The position numbers and the translations under genes are program-made. A stretch of DNA of 63,905 nucleotides, the filler included, from Octopus bimaculoides (Eukaryota): assembly GCF_001194135.2 (NCBI RefSeq). It is 9 parts of 8 records of this genome, joined end to end, with 100 filler letters (N's around TTAATTAATTAA, not from the genome) between each part and the next. Parts side by side here need not be neighbours in the genome. Positions count along the whole stretch, not along the records: positions 1 to 2,143 come from NC_068987.1; positions 2,244 to 12,831 come from NC_068982.1; 7 more parts are not named here. One strand, 5' to 3'. Positions 1-11,430 of this stretch are shown here, in pieces; the first letter of the stretch is position 1, and the number at the start of each line of letters is the position of its first letter. Below the pieces are notes generated by a model that was not told where the DNA came from, did no database searches, and saw only the letters and a program-made list of their open reading frames with translations.

Positions 1-34
1 TTTTAAATGGCTTATAAACACCTTCCACGCTGCA

Positions 35-38
<4 letters not shown>
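1..38 (+). repeat. Fragment of the interspersed repeat also present at 17717-17947
   Basis: TTTTAAATGGCTTATAAACACCTTCCACGCTGCAATTG is identical to 17907-17944 and runs into a (TA)n tract. Confidence 0.9.
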
Positions 39-76
<38 letters not shown>

Positions 77-105
77 CACACACACACACACACACACATA
101 CATAC

Positions 106-152
<47 letters not shown>

Positions 153-1546
153 GTTGAGAGTTTATACATAATATTTAGGTAGTTTTCAGGCAACTCGGTG
201 GTTTCATTCTTGGCCACGCGATTCGTCTGTACTATAGCAAGCCAATTTAGTATGCCAATCTGACCTATGTGTGTGTGTGTGTGTGTGTGTGTACGTATGT
301 ATGTGTGTGTGCATCTTTTTTTCTCTTTTGGGGACCCCAATAAGATAAAAAGTAGAAGCAAGAAATTTTTTTATAACTCTCAGAGCTGAATTCATGTACA
401 GAACTGAGAGCTTGTCTTAAAAGGATGAATATTGTTCATATAGTATGGCTGAAAATAAAACATGGTCGTGGATAGACTGCCTTTGAACACAGATCTGTAT
501 ATTTAGGAACTAACTAAAGTCAAAGCGACAACGACGATTACAACAACTTGAACAACAACAGCAACTTCACTAATTCTATTTAACAAGTGTTTACTCCCTC
601 ATCCTTTACGGTTATGAAAATTTAGGAAACTCGCACCCAAAGCTATTTAATTCCACTCCCCACAAAATTAGATAAGGAAATACACGTAAACATATATCAC
701 AAGTTTGGGGAGTGGTTACTTCTTATTTGTGGAATGTTTAAATATTTGTACAGTCCTTCTGTGTCCCCCATTGAAAAAACTTGTGTGCGACTGACGCACC
801 TACTACTACTAAAGCAGCTAGTAACACCAATCAACCAGCCGTTTGACAAACGCTGCTGGAAGTAATCGCAAACTTAGGTCGCCTCCGTAAAAACAAGATG
901 CCCCTCTCTTCTCACCCCATTCAAGGAAACACATAGATGTGCTAAAGAGTCGGTAGTGTTATGACAAAACAACTAACTTACACTATCAGTCATAAACCAC
1001 GACAAATACAAAAAAATTCGCCTCCATCATTTACATACGCCGATATTATAAACCCCGCCACCCACACACACACGAGTAATGTTTCGATTGGAGGGCCAAG
1101 GAAACGAAACGCGTAAAAGTTAACTTAAGGAGGGGTGCGTTTTCTAAGATACTCACTTCACAGTCCCCCCCCCCCATCACCACCACCCCTGTCTTTCTTC
1201 TTATGACGAAAAGATTATTATTCAGTTGTCACTCCTATACGGATTACGACAGCGACAAATTTGAATTTCAATAAAAACTCGAACAGATCACATTACATGA
1301 ATCATAAAATTTATTTCATATGCTATTCTTTATCAAACAAATATAATTTTTCATTGAACTGTTATTATTATTATTACCACTTCAGCACTACCACCCCACC
1401 CTACTTTTTATCCGTTATGAAAGAGATTTAAAAGTCTTTTATTGCTGTAAATTATAGTAGTTAAAAGTAATATTGAAATGTTAGCTTTCATTTATACAAG
1501 AGAACTCATGACGTTATATTAGTAACATTTGTCGATGTTACGGAGC

Positions 1547-1695
1547 GATGTCTTTTATTACCTTTGTTAGTCGTCTCTGTGGCGCAATCGGTTAGCGCCT
1601 TCGGCTGTTAACCGAAAGGCTGGTGGTTCAAGCCCACCCAGGGACGATTTATCGCATTTTAATAAAAAATCAGATGTCTTTTATTACCTTTGTTA
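1547..1695. repeat. Perfect 23-bp direct repeat flanking the tRNA (TSD-like)
   Basis: GATGTCTTTTATTACCTTTGTTA occurs at 1547-1569 and 1673-1695. Confidence 0.9.
1573..1646 (+). tRNA. tRNA-Asn (GTT), possibly a retroposed copy
   Basis: The 74-nt sequence GTCTCTGTGGCGCAATCGGTTAGCGC...GGCTGTTAACCG...GGTTCAAGCCCACCCAGGGACG closely matches the canonical metazoan tRNA-Asn. It has about 3 substitutions, A and B boxes, and a TTTT terminator 10 nt downstream. Confidence 0.9.
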
Positions 1696-2187
1696 TTTAC
1701 ATTGTTCTTATCGGTGTTTCTACTACTGTGTTTGTTGTTGTTCTATTATATTACATGTTTTTAGCACTAAATCAAACCTCATCAAGCAACGTATCATTTT
1801 GTATACTACACACGTAAATATGCCGATATCTATCTGTCTATCTATCTCTGGATGTTTTGTTGTCCCATTTTTGTATCACTTAACTGTCCGGATGTTTTGC
1901 GTTCTTGACCCATTCTGTATTTTATATATATATATATATATATATAGCAGCGTACGTACACTTTGATCTCTTATATGTAAGTATACATTTTTCTAAATCT
2001 TGTACGACTCTATTTCTGTCTATCAGCCCTTTCACTGTTATTCGTTCATTCCACTCTTCGTTCTTTCGTTCCCCCTCTCTCACATTTCCTTGCCTTTTCT
2101 TCTTGCTCACTTTCCCTCCACTTTTCACTTCACCGTGTCCCTGNNNNNNNNNNNNNNNNNNNNNNNNNNNNNNNNNNNNNNNNNNNN

Positions 2188-2199
2188 TTAATTAATTAA
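2188..2199. other. Assembly spacer TTAATTAATTAA embedded in N-gaps (8 occurrences)
   Basis: An identical 12-mer flanked by Ns occurs at 2188, 12876, 20030, 28844, 31088, 33038, 51710 and 58940. Confidence 0.95.
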
Positions 2200-2493
2200 N
2201 NNNNNNNNNNNNNNNNNNNNNNNNNNNNNNNNNNNNNNNNNNNATATATATATATATATATATATATAAATATATATAAAATTAGGGAGAGGAGAAAATA
2301 AATTCAAAGGCCGATGTATATATTCATTCAATCCATATTATATTAACGAAATTCTCCATGGTATACAAAGTACATACATAGATGCATTCATCTATATGAC
2401 ATATAAAAAATTAGTAAGAATTTATAAATACATACATACATACATACATACATACACGAAAATGTACAATGAAAGGATGAAGTGAAAAGATAA

Positions 2494-3284
2494 TGAGGAA
2501 CCGAAAGGTCAATTGGTATGGGGTATGTCCTCAAAATGGCCATACAGGTGAGTTTGAAAGACCTGTTTGGTATAACAGAGGAAATAATACTCCCCGAAGA
2601 CACCAGACTTCGAATAGTAGTGGAAGGAAGACCGTCAACATGTTTCCCAGGCGGAAAAGGGCCAAATAAAAGTAAGGTGTCCCGAGAAAGAAAAGGAAGA
2701 GAAGAAAAGTGAAGGAAAGAATACCGAGAGGTAGTACCAGTAAAAGAGGCAGGTAGAGTGGAGGAATCCTTCACATTTGTAAACAGGAGAAAGAGTAAAG
2801 AACGGATGAGATCTCTCCCAGAGAGTAAAAAAAGGTTTGAAGAGATTGAGACGTAGGAAAGGAGAAACAGGTGCGAAACACCAACAGAATTCATAGTGGA
2901 AGATGATGCAGAGGAAGAAACAACATTACAGCAGGTGGAAAGAGGAAGCGTTTATAATGTTGGTTATGATGTTTCTGCACGCCCGGGCAGATTAGGTCGA
3001 GGGGCGAAGCAAGTGGAGATGAACAGGATAAAATACAAGTGGCATTTGGTCACGTATACCAAAGTACAGAAATAGAAAAAAAGATTTTAAAGTATAAATC
3101 AGGAATAAGAGTAAGGCTGCCGCAAGGAACATACCCAGAAAAGACTAAAGAAATCATCATAAATAGAGAGAGATTAGAAAAATTGAGAGAGATGTTTGGA
3201 AGCTACATAGACCTGCTGGGGGTTGAAATCGAGTTTGACGAACTTCTATCACTCGAAGATTTAAAACCATTTATGAGAATTTAA
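2494..3284 (+). pseudogene. Decayed ORF1/gag-like reading frame of a non-LTR element
   Basis: About 260 codons with 2 stops and 1 frameshift. RIVVEGRPSTCFPGGKG resembles a decayed EGRPxxCFxCxxxGH zinc knuckle of L1/Tx1-type ORF1. A 3' UTR follows with AATAAA at 3563 and no ORF2. Confidence 0.5.
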
Positions 3285-3687
3285 AAGCGAGTGAGTAAAT
3301 TTGTTTTTAAAAAGGAAAAGAGGACAAATAGACAGTTAATAAGTTTTGAAAAAAGAAGGAAAAAACGATACAAAAAGAAATGTGAGAACGTTTGATTTAA
3401 TTGTATAAATTAACTGTTAAACGTTACTGCTTGAGAAATAGGGTTCAATGCAGCCATTTCACTATCATCGATTTCATGTTTCAGACATTTTATGTTTTTG
3501 TCCCCACTGCGGTGTTCTGTCTGTCCTTGTACTGTCCCATCTATGTTAAGGCCTGAGTGCCGAATAAAGAAATATAAACATTGCGTTTAATATCATATGC
3601 CCGAAGAGAATGGTCCGATCAAACATTCTATTTTTATTGAATTATTTAACTCAACATTTCTTTTAAAACTTTAACCTTGTGATTCTA

Positions 3688-3780
3688 TTAAATCTGATGA
3701 GAGAAATATAGAGTATTGCTATGGTTGGAGTTAGTTCGCCCATAGCTACCTATGTCTTTTCGAAACGGCCGTAAGACTTT
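3688..3780 (+). ncRNA. Type I hammerhead ribozyme motif (PLE pLTR type) with long stem II
   Basis: CTGATGA at 3694-3700 and a stem II closed by G3701-C3761 containing GCTATGG/CCATAGC. GAAA is followed by palindromic stem III ACGGCCGT and a GUA site (A3773). Stem I is weak. Confidence 0.7.
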
Positions 3781-4276
3781 ATACTTAGACTTTATACTTG
3801 TTCCAGACTCCTTATGAATCATTTTACATCCGCTTTATCATCAACTTCATTCGGACTTCGCAAGTACATTTATGGACTTACACCTTTTATATATTTATAT
3901 TTATGAATTTGTAAGTCTTTATAGATTTTTATATGTGTATTAATGTTTATATATTTATAAATTTTCGTGTATATATATTTATAAATTCTTAAATATTTTT
4001 TATTTGTTATATAGATGAATTCATCTATGTATGTACTTTGTATACCATGGAGAATTTTGTTAATATGGATTGAATGAATATATACTTAGGTTTTAAATTT
4101 GTTTTCTCGTCTCCTTAATTTCATATTCCTGAAGCTCTATTAGAGCGCTAATGGTTTGAGCTCTATAAAGTGGATACGTATATCACTTATTTTTCATCGT
4201 ATATACATACATAATATATATATATATATATATATANNNNNNNNNNACAAAATAAACTAGCAAAAATCACTGGATA

Positions 4277-4334
4277 ATCCCAGATCCCGGATTTCTAGCT
4301 CTGCATAAGGAATGTTTTGCCTCATCAGTGGAAT
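4277..4334 (-). ncRNA. Type I hammerhead ribozyme motif
   Basis: Minus strand: ATTCCA-CTGATGA-GGC...GCTA-GAAA-TCCGGGAT-C-TGGGAT. It has a 6-bp stem I, near-palindromic stem III and an AUC site; the base of stem II is imperfect. Confidence 0.65.
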
Positions 4335-4354
4335 ATACTCAGAAAAGCACATAA

Positions 4355-4397
<43 letters not shown>

Positions 4398-4723
4398 ACA
4401 TACGGTATACTTACATATATGAACGTATACATACATATATATGCACGTATGCACATGAACAGTTTAAATTGTCCGCCTAAAAACTCCTCGTGTGATATGG
4501 TCAGAATATCTCCGCAGTAAACATTATGACGAAATAAATACATACATTTATATAAATAAGGATAAGATCGATATTCAAATGTCGATCTTATCAAGTTGCC
4601 AGCATGGGAATAAAAACCATCAAAGGTAATAATTATTTAAAAAAGCTCATGCAGACGTGTCGTGTATAGTTCTTCTAGCATAATGGATGTCCACTTAGTG
4701 GTCATTCCTCTTATATATATGTA

Positions 4724-4791
<68 letters not shown>

Positions 4792-6104
4792 ATATATANN
4801 NNNNNNNNNNNNNNNNNNNNNNNNNNNNNNNNNNNNNNNNNNNNNNNNNNNNNNNNNNNNNNNNNNNNNNNNNNNNNNNNNNNNNNNNNNNNNNNNNNNN
4901 NNNNNNNNNNNNNNNNNNNNNNNNNNNNNNNNNNNNNNNNNNNNNNNNNNNNNNNNNNNNNNNNNNNNNNNNNNNNNNNNNNNNNNNNNNNNNNNNNNNN
5001 NNNNNNNNNNNNNNNNNNNNNNNNNNNNNNNNNNNNNNNNNNNNNNNNNNNNNNNNNNNNNNNNNNNNNNNNNNNNNNNNNNNNNNNNNNNNNNNNNNNN
5101 NNNNNNNNNNNNNNNNNNNNNNNNNNNNNNNNNNNNNNNNNNNNNNNNNNNNNNNNNNNNNNNNNNNNNNNNNNNNNNNNNNNNNNNNNNNNNNNNNNNN
5201 NNNNNNNNNNNNNNNNNNNNNNNNNNNNNNNNNNNNNNNNNNNNNNNNNNNNNNNNNNNNNNNNNNNNNNNNNNNNNNNNNNNNNNNNNNNNNNNNNNNN
5301 NNNNNNNNNNNNNNNNNNNNNNNNNNNNNNNNNNNNNNNNNNNNNNNNNNNNNNNNNNNNNNNNNNAATATAGATATATATTCAAAATTTCATTCATACT
5401 TATCCCTCGTCCTTATGTTGATCTTAATATAACGTATACATTTACATAATTCATATACTTCATATACTTCCATATAATCATGTATCCACAATTTCTGGCT
5501 ATGAAGCCATTCATCCATTGATTCTAATAGAAAAATAAACTGTTGTGTATCAATATTTCGTTCATACACTGTGTATGGAAACCAAGATGGAAAATTTAAA
5601 GGTAAAAGTGTTTCATTATACAATTTCCTCAAAGATGTGGCTTAACAATACATAGAATGACGTCGTTTGATTATAATGCCTGCCTGTAATTCTTTGACGT
5701 CATATATCGCGAAAAAATATTTTGATTATTATAAACGAAAATTGTTCTAAGCGTTTCAAAAGACATATTCTGAAATCCATCTGCTGGTTTTTATGGATTC
5801 AATATATTATTTTTCAGACGAATTAATGAAAGCATCGATTTTGGCTTAAATTCTAAATCAATACTATTGTATTTAAATCGTAGAGTGTCCTCTTCGGCTT
5901 ACCGCTCTCGTTGATCATTGATTCAGAGATGTTCAAATATCTTTTACTTGTTTCAGTCAGTTAAATATGTAAGATTTCCTCCAACAAATCGATCCTATTA
6001 CGTTTTATCTAATCCTGCTAATTTTATCGGTTTCATCGCCGTCTCTCTCTGAAAAAATTTAAAAAACTGTTTAGTTTTGCCTCTGCTTTCATTCTCAGTC
6101 TTGT

Positions 6105-6426
6105 TCATCAGCTTTAAGCTTCTGCCAAAACAATTGAGAGGCCTGCAAGAATTGGACATAGAGGTCTTCAAAACAAAACTCGACACTTTCCTCTCCACGA
6201 TACCAGACGAACCAATAGCTTGAAATGAGACACAGTTGAGGGCAGCGATGTCATATTCTCTTATACACCAGATGTGCCATCGAAACTCTTGATTGGACTA
6301 TATCAGGTGGAGGAGAAGACCCATGCAAGGAACGTGAAGAGTGCACAGCATAAAGACGGAAAGTCATGGTGGTGCTCCAGCTTGACTGCATCCACTTGGC
6401 TGAAACGCATAAATAAATAAATAAAT
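6105..6426 (+). mobile_element. 3' end of a CR1/L2-like LINE
   Basis: Translates to FKLLPKQLRGLQELDIEVFKTKLDTFLSTIPDEP, a typical ORF2 C-terminus. A 3' UTR and (TAAA)n tail follow. Confidence 0.75.
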
Positions 6427-6427
6427 C

Positions 6428-6572
6428 ACTTAGCGGTTCGACAAAAAGAGACCGATAGAATAAGTACTAGGCTTACAAAGAATAAGTCCCGGGGTCGATT
6501 TGCTCGACTAAAGGCGGTGCTCCAGCATGGCCGCAGTCAAATGACTGAAACAAGTAAAAGAGTAAAAGAGTA
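6428..6572 (+). mobile_element. 3' half of the major octopus-type tRNA-derived SINE
   Basis: Nearly identical to 21270-21415 (GAATAAGTACTAGGC...GGTCGATTTGCTCGACTAAAGGCGGTGCTCCAGCATGG...GAAACAAGTAAAAGAG). Confidence 0.85.
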
Positions 6573-6768
6573 AAGTGTATATATATATATATACATACAT
6601 ACATCTACGTATATATATACTATACATATATATGTACATCTACATATATATATATACTATACACATATATGTACATCTACGTATATATACTATACACATA
6701 TATGTACATCCACGTATATATACTATACACATATATGTACATCTATGTATATATACTATACACATATA

Positions 6769-6816
<48 letters not shown>

Positions 6817-6819
<3 letters not shown>

Positions 6820-7330
6820 CATGGAAAAATACGAGCATGAAAAGTAATATTCTTAAGATTATAAACCTGTAAAAGTACAGGACAAGTTATTACACCTGTA
6901 AAAGTATAGGACAAACTATTACTTATAGTAAAGTAAAGAATAAGAAACTTTTTTACTTAAAATATACCAGCAAAGAATGCCACATCTAATTTATCACTCT
7001 TTACAGTTCTCAGCTTTTTAATTTATTGTACAAAACTGCTCAGCTAATTTGTAAGTTTATCTAATTAGTCACACTTTTTATGCATTTAAGGTAGTAAATT
7101 AGCCAAATTCTACTTAAATAAGTATAATGTTATTTGTAAACTGTAATAAAATACTTTTTAATATTAAAATTTTAATCTTAGCTGCAATATTTTAAGTAAA
7201 ATGTTTTTTATTCTTTACTTGAAGTAATAGTTTGCCCCTATACTTTTACAGGTGTATTAACTTGTCTTGTACTTTTCCAGGTTTATAATATTAAGAATAT
7301 CACTTTTCATGCTCGCATTTTCCCATGTAA
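6817..7330. mobile_element. Foldback MITE with about 150-bp TIRs
   Basis: TTACATGGAAAAATACGAGCATGAAAAGT... is mirrored by ...ACTTTTCATGCTCGCATTTTCCCATGTAA. It has TA at the termini, internal CCTGTAAAAGTA subrepeats and no ORF. Confidence 0.85.
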
Positions 7331-8679
7331 TCCATGATTTTTCTAGGCATTTCTGTTATAAGATAGTTAATGTGTCAAGTAATAATTTAAAATTTTACCT
7401 TATAAAATACTCATATTTCAATGTTTCATGTAATGATGATAGTTCAAATTTTTCGTAATTAATTTCAATACATGTTGTGATTGAACTATTTGATATCACC
7501 CTTTCACACCAAATTAATGGAAGGGAATTCTACCATGTTGTTGGTTGCATCATGACTCACCTATAGTTACAAACCATCAGTTACCAACCTCACCTTAAGC
7601 AACCTAATTTTGCAATATTAGGAGGTCACAGGAATTCATTCAAAGAAAGAGACAATTTCCAATGATTCTGGGATTAGGGGACCCTACCCCTAATATTTTT
7701 CAATCCAAAATTAGGGATTTCCAGCATATTAGGAGGTCAGGGTACTTGATTCCACGCAAAAAATCAATTTTTTTTTCTTAGTGAAAATCGTGCGGGTGTT
7801 AATGTAGAAATTGGCCATATTGTTGTTGTTATTTTAGCTTCAAATCAACCCTGATACTGCAAACGTATCATCAAAGACATTTCAGTCTTCAGCAAACCAT
7901 CTTTTCTAGAGATAATCTAGGACATTACCTCACCGCCTTGGAAAGTTAACATTGATTTTAGAAATATATTATTTATTATTAAAGCTGAAACGTTACTCCC
8001 TTACTCTCTTACTTACTGACAGAACATTTCGTAACATTTTACCTCATAACTATTTTTCTACTAAATTTTGTTCAATGCGACTAGTACGGATGTGTATCTG
8101 CATATGTGTCCATATGTGTGTTTGTGAAGTATGCGTGTGTGTATATGGTCATGTGTTTCAGTCTTCATTATTGTATGCTTGTGTGTGTGCTTGTCTGTCC
8201 GTATTATCTATGTACCTATCTATCTATGTTTATCTATCTGTTTACTTACATATCAATTTACCTACATATATAGTGGTACCTTAACTTACGAGTTTAATTC
8301 GTTCCGTACAGAGCTCGTAACTTAAATTACTCGTATGTCAAATCAATATTCCCCTTTGAAATGACTTGAAATGTCATTAATCCATCCTGGGCCACACAAA
8401 AGAAAAACACTGGAATTCTTTTTGTTGTTATTGTTATCTGTTTTTAAATAAGAAAAATGTACTTACAAATAACGAATATTGTATAAAAATCAATACAATA
8501 GAATGTACTGGAATAAAATGGTTTTATTAAGTATAATGTACAGCATTTATCTTGGAGATCAGACAACATGAGGATTCTGACGGAGGTGGCGGAGAAAGTT
8601 GGTACTGAATAACTGAATTTGATACTCTCATTTTGCCCTTTTCGCCGCGCTTTCCTATATTTATGTGCAGGAGTTCTCG

Positions 8680-9236
8680 ATAAAAACCCCTCCAATGAGG
8701 TTTGTTTCATCCTTCCTTTCAGAATCTTTCTGAAATGAGTTAGGCAAGTGTCATTAAATAGCGCTGTCGCACGCCCAGTTTCAACTTTTTCTGAGTGTTT
8801 CGTTTGAATAAAGTCTGAAAGCTTCGCCTATATTTCCTTTATCACACTTGTAGAGAGAACCTCCTCCGCGTCACCTATTTCCTACAAAACCTCAGTATGT
8901 TGCTGCGTCTGTAGCTCCTTTAGCTCCTCCCCTGTCAGATCCTTGGAGAGCTGCAGGATGAACTCGTTGATGTCACCATCAGCCATGTCGAGGCCCATGG
9001 ACTTGCTGGGGGATACAATCTCCTCCAACACTGCTGCTTCGGGTTCGAGTCTTTCAAAGTCTGTTTCAGACACAACACCAGGCAACAGCTTCTTCCATGC
9101 AGAGGTTAAGATTCTATTTGTAACACCCTGTCAGGCCATATCGATAGCTCTGAGGCATATCATGAAGTTATAGTGGTCCTTCCTGAACTTTTGATGAGTG
9201 AGGTTTATGCTCTCCATCACCACAAACCAGCGACCA
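8680..9236 (-). mobile_element. Tigger/pogo transposase remnant (C-terminal part)
   Basis: Minus-strand translation: ...YNFMICLRAIDMA*QGVTNRILTSAWKKL...LEEIVSPSKSMGLDMADGDINE...LTGEELKELQ...KQTSLEGF. Confidence 0.8.
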
Positions 9237-10884
9237 TGTATATATATATATATACATATATACATATATACATATACATATATACATATATACATATATA
9301 TATATGAATATATACATATATATATATATATAAGCAATGTTAATTCTCTAAATGAAGTATTAACAGTAACTGCACGATAAAATGTAGTATATTGCCACTT
9401 AAGTGTGGCTGACCCCTAGGGGTGGACGTTACTGNNNNNNNNNNNNNNNNNNNNNNNNNNNNNNNNNNNNNNNNNNNNNNNNNNNNNNNNNNNNNNNNNN
9501 NNNNNNNNNNNNNNNNNNNNNNNNNNNNNNNNNNNNNNNNNNNNNNNNNNNNNNNNNNNNNNNNNNNNNNNNNNNNNNNNNNNNNNNNNNNNNNNNNNNN
9601 NNNNNNNNNNNNNNNNNNNNNNNNNNNNNNNNNNNNNNNNNNNNNNNNNNNNNNNNNNNNNNNNNNNNNNNNNNNNNNNNNNNNNNNNNNNNNNNNNNNN
9701 NNNNNNNNNNNNNNNNNNNNNNNNNNNNNNNNNNNNNNNNNNNNNNNNNNNNNNNNNNNNNNNNNNNNNNNNNNNNNNNNNNNNNNNNNNNNNNNNNNNN
9801 NNNNNNNNNNNNNNNNNNNNNNNNNNNNNNNNNNNNNNNNNNNNNNNNNNNNNNNNNNNNNNNNNNNNNNNNNNNNNNNNNNNNNNNNNNNNNNNNNNNN
9901 NNNNNNNNNNNNNNNNNNNNNNNNNNNNNNNNNNNNNNNNNNNNNNNNNNNNNNNNNNNNNNNNNNNNNNNNNNNNNNNNNNNNNNNNNNNNNNNNNNNN
10001 TATATATATATAATATATATATATATATACATGCATATACATGTATATACGTGGTCTGTCATGTTATGGCGGCGATGATTTCCACTAGAATTAGACATTA
10101 TTCCGATCTGCTTATATGAGACCATCTTTCGAGGTTAATAATGCAATATTCAGCGTTTTAATAAGACATCCATGTCACGTTGTATATAAAAGTTACCTTA
10201 TATAAATATATATACATATATATACACACATATATATTTATAAATACACACGCACATATATGCTCTAACTTTAAGAGAGTACCTCTTTTTCGGATACATG
10301 ATCGACAGATGGTGTGTGTATGTGTGTATGTGTGTGCGTGTTTGTGTGTGTGTGTGTGTGTGTATGTGTGTACGTGCGTGTATGTGTGTGCGTGCATGCG
10401 TGCGTGTTTGTATGTGTGTGTGTGTGAAACAATTATTTGTTTACCTGTCCATTATAATTTTCACTAATAAGGACGACCAATAGCTACACGATATTATAGA
10501 AAGGGGGAATACAATAAACGATTAAGGAAAGCAACAATGCAAGGATGATAATGTCAAAAGATAATGGTTACTACAATAATTCTTTAAATGTTTTCAAATG
10601 ATAAAAAATTCATAGAAATTTGAAATGTTTGGTATTTCGACTCAGTCTATTTCAAAACCAATCAGAGTTAATAAACAGACACACATGTATATAATGTAAT
10701 ATGAATACTAATTTGAAGGGAAATATTTGCAATATGCTAAGTAGAACATAGATGGAAACTGACAATGATTTTTGTTGTGAAATTACATTATAAGATAAAA
10801 ATTTGAAAATGACAAAAATAAATCGAAAGAATATATTTTTGTTTCATTTAAATAAGCTTTCTGGTTTGCTATACTGCCAATATA

Positions 10885-11203
10885 TTGTTGTTGTTGTTGG
10901 CACTCCGTCGCTTACGACGTCGAGGGTTCCAGATGATCCGATCAACGGAACAGCCTGCTCGTGAAATTAACGTGCAAATGGCTGAGCACTCCACAGACAC
11001 GTGTACCCTTAACGTAGTTCTCGGGGATATTCAGCGTGACACAGTGTGACAAGGCTGGCCCTTTGAAATACAGAAGAAAGAATGAGAGAAAGTTGTGGTG
11101 AAAGAGTACAGCAGGGTTCGCCACCATCCCCTGGCCTGGGAATCGAAACCGCGATCCTATGACCGCGAGTGCGCTGCCCTAACCACTGGGCCATTGCGCC
11201 TCC
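10885..11203 (-). mobile_element. tRNA-derived SINE (second family) with (CAA)n tail
   Basis: The minus strand starts GGAGGCGCAATGGCCCAGTGGTTAGGGCAGCG...GGTTTCGATTCCC (A and B boxes) and ends CGACGGAGTGCCAACAACAAC. Confidence 0.85.
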
Positions 11204-11234
11204 ACTCAATATATTATATATGTTATTTAATTCC

Positions 11235-11430
11235 CAGAAAGGCAGTAAGTCGGACAAAATGATTAGTATTATCTTCTGGTTTTACGTTCTGAGTTCAAAA
11301 TTCATCAAGGTTGACTTTTGCCTTTCATTCATTCCGGGTCATTAAAATAAGCACCAGTGAAGCAGTAAGTTCGATGTAATCGGCTTCTCCCTCTCAAAAT
11401 GGTTGGACTTGTGCCAAAATTAGAAAGCAC
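11235..11430 (+). mobile_element. Degenerate SINE with a Meta-domain-like core
   Basis: GTTCTGAGTTCAAA...GTTGACTTTTGCCTTTCATTCATTCCGGGTCATTAAAATAAGCACCAG is similar to 20575-20785. Confidence 0.65.

Larger units (their letters stand above)
2278..4123. repeat. About 170-190 bp imperfect inverted repeat arms (about 2278-2470 and 3955-4123)
   Basis: The left arm ...TTCATTCAATCCATATT..AAATTCTCCATGGTATACAAAGTACATACATAGATG... is the reverse complement of the right arm ...CATCTATGTATGTACTTTGTATACCATGGAGAATTT..AATATGGATTGAATGAA... Confidence 0.9.

Noticed and set aside
500-1250. Probable interspersed repeat
   Set aside because: It looks repeat-like, but no TIRs, ORF or second copy in the window support a call.
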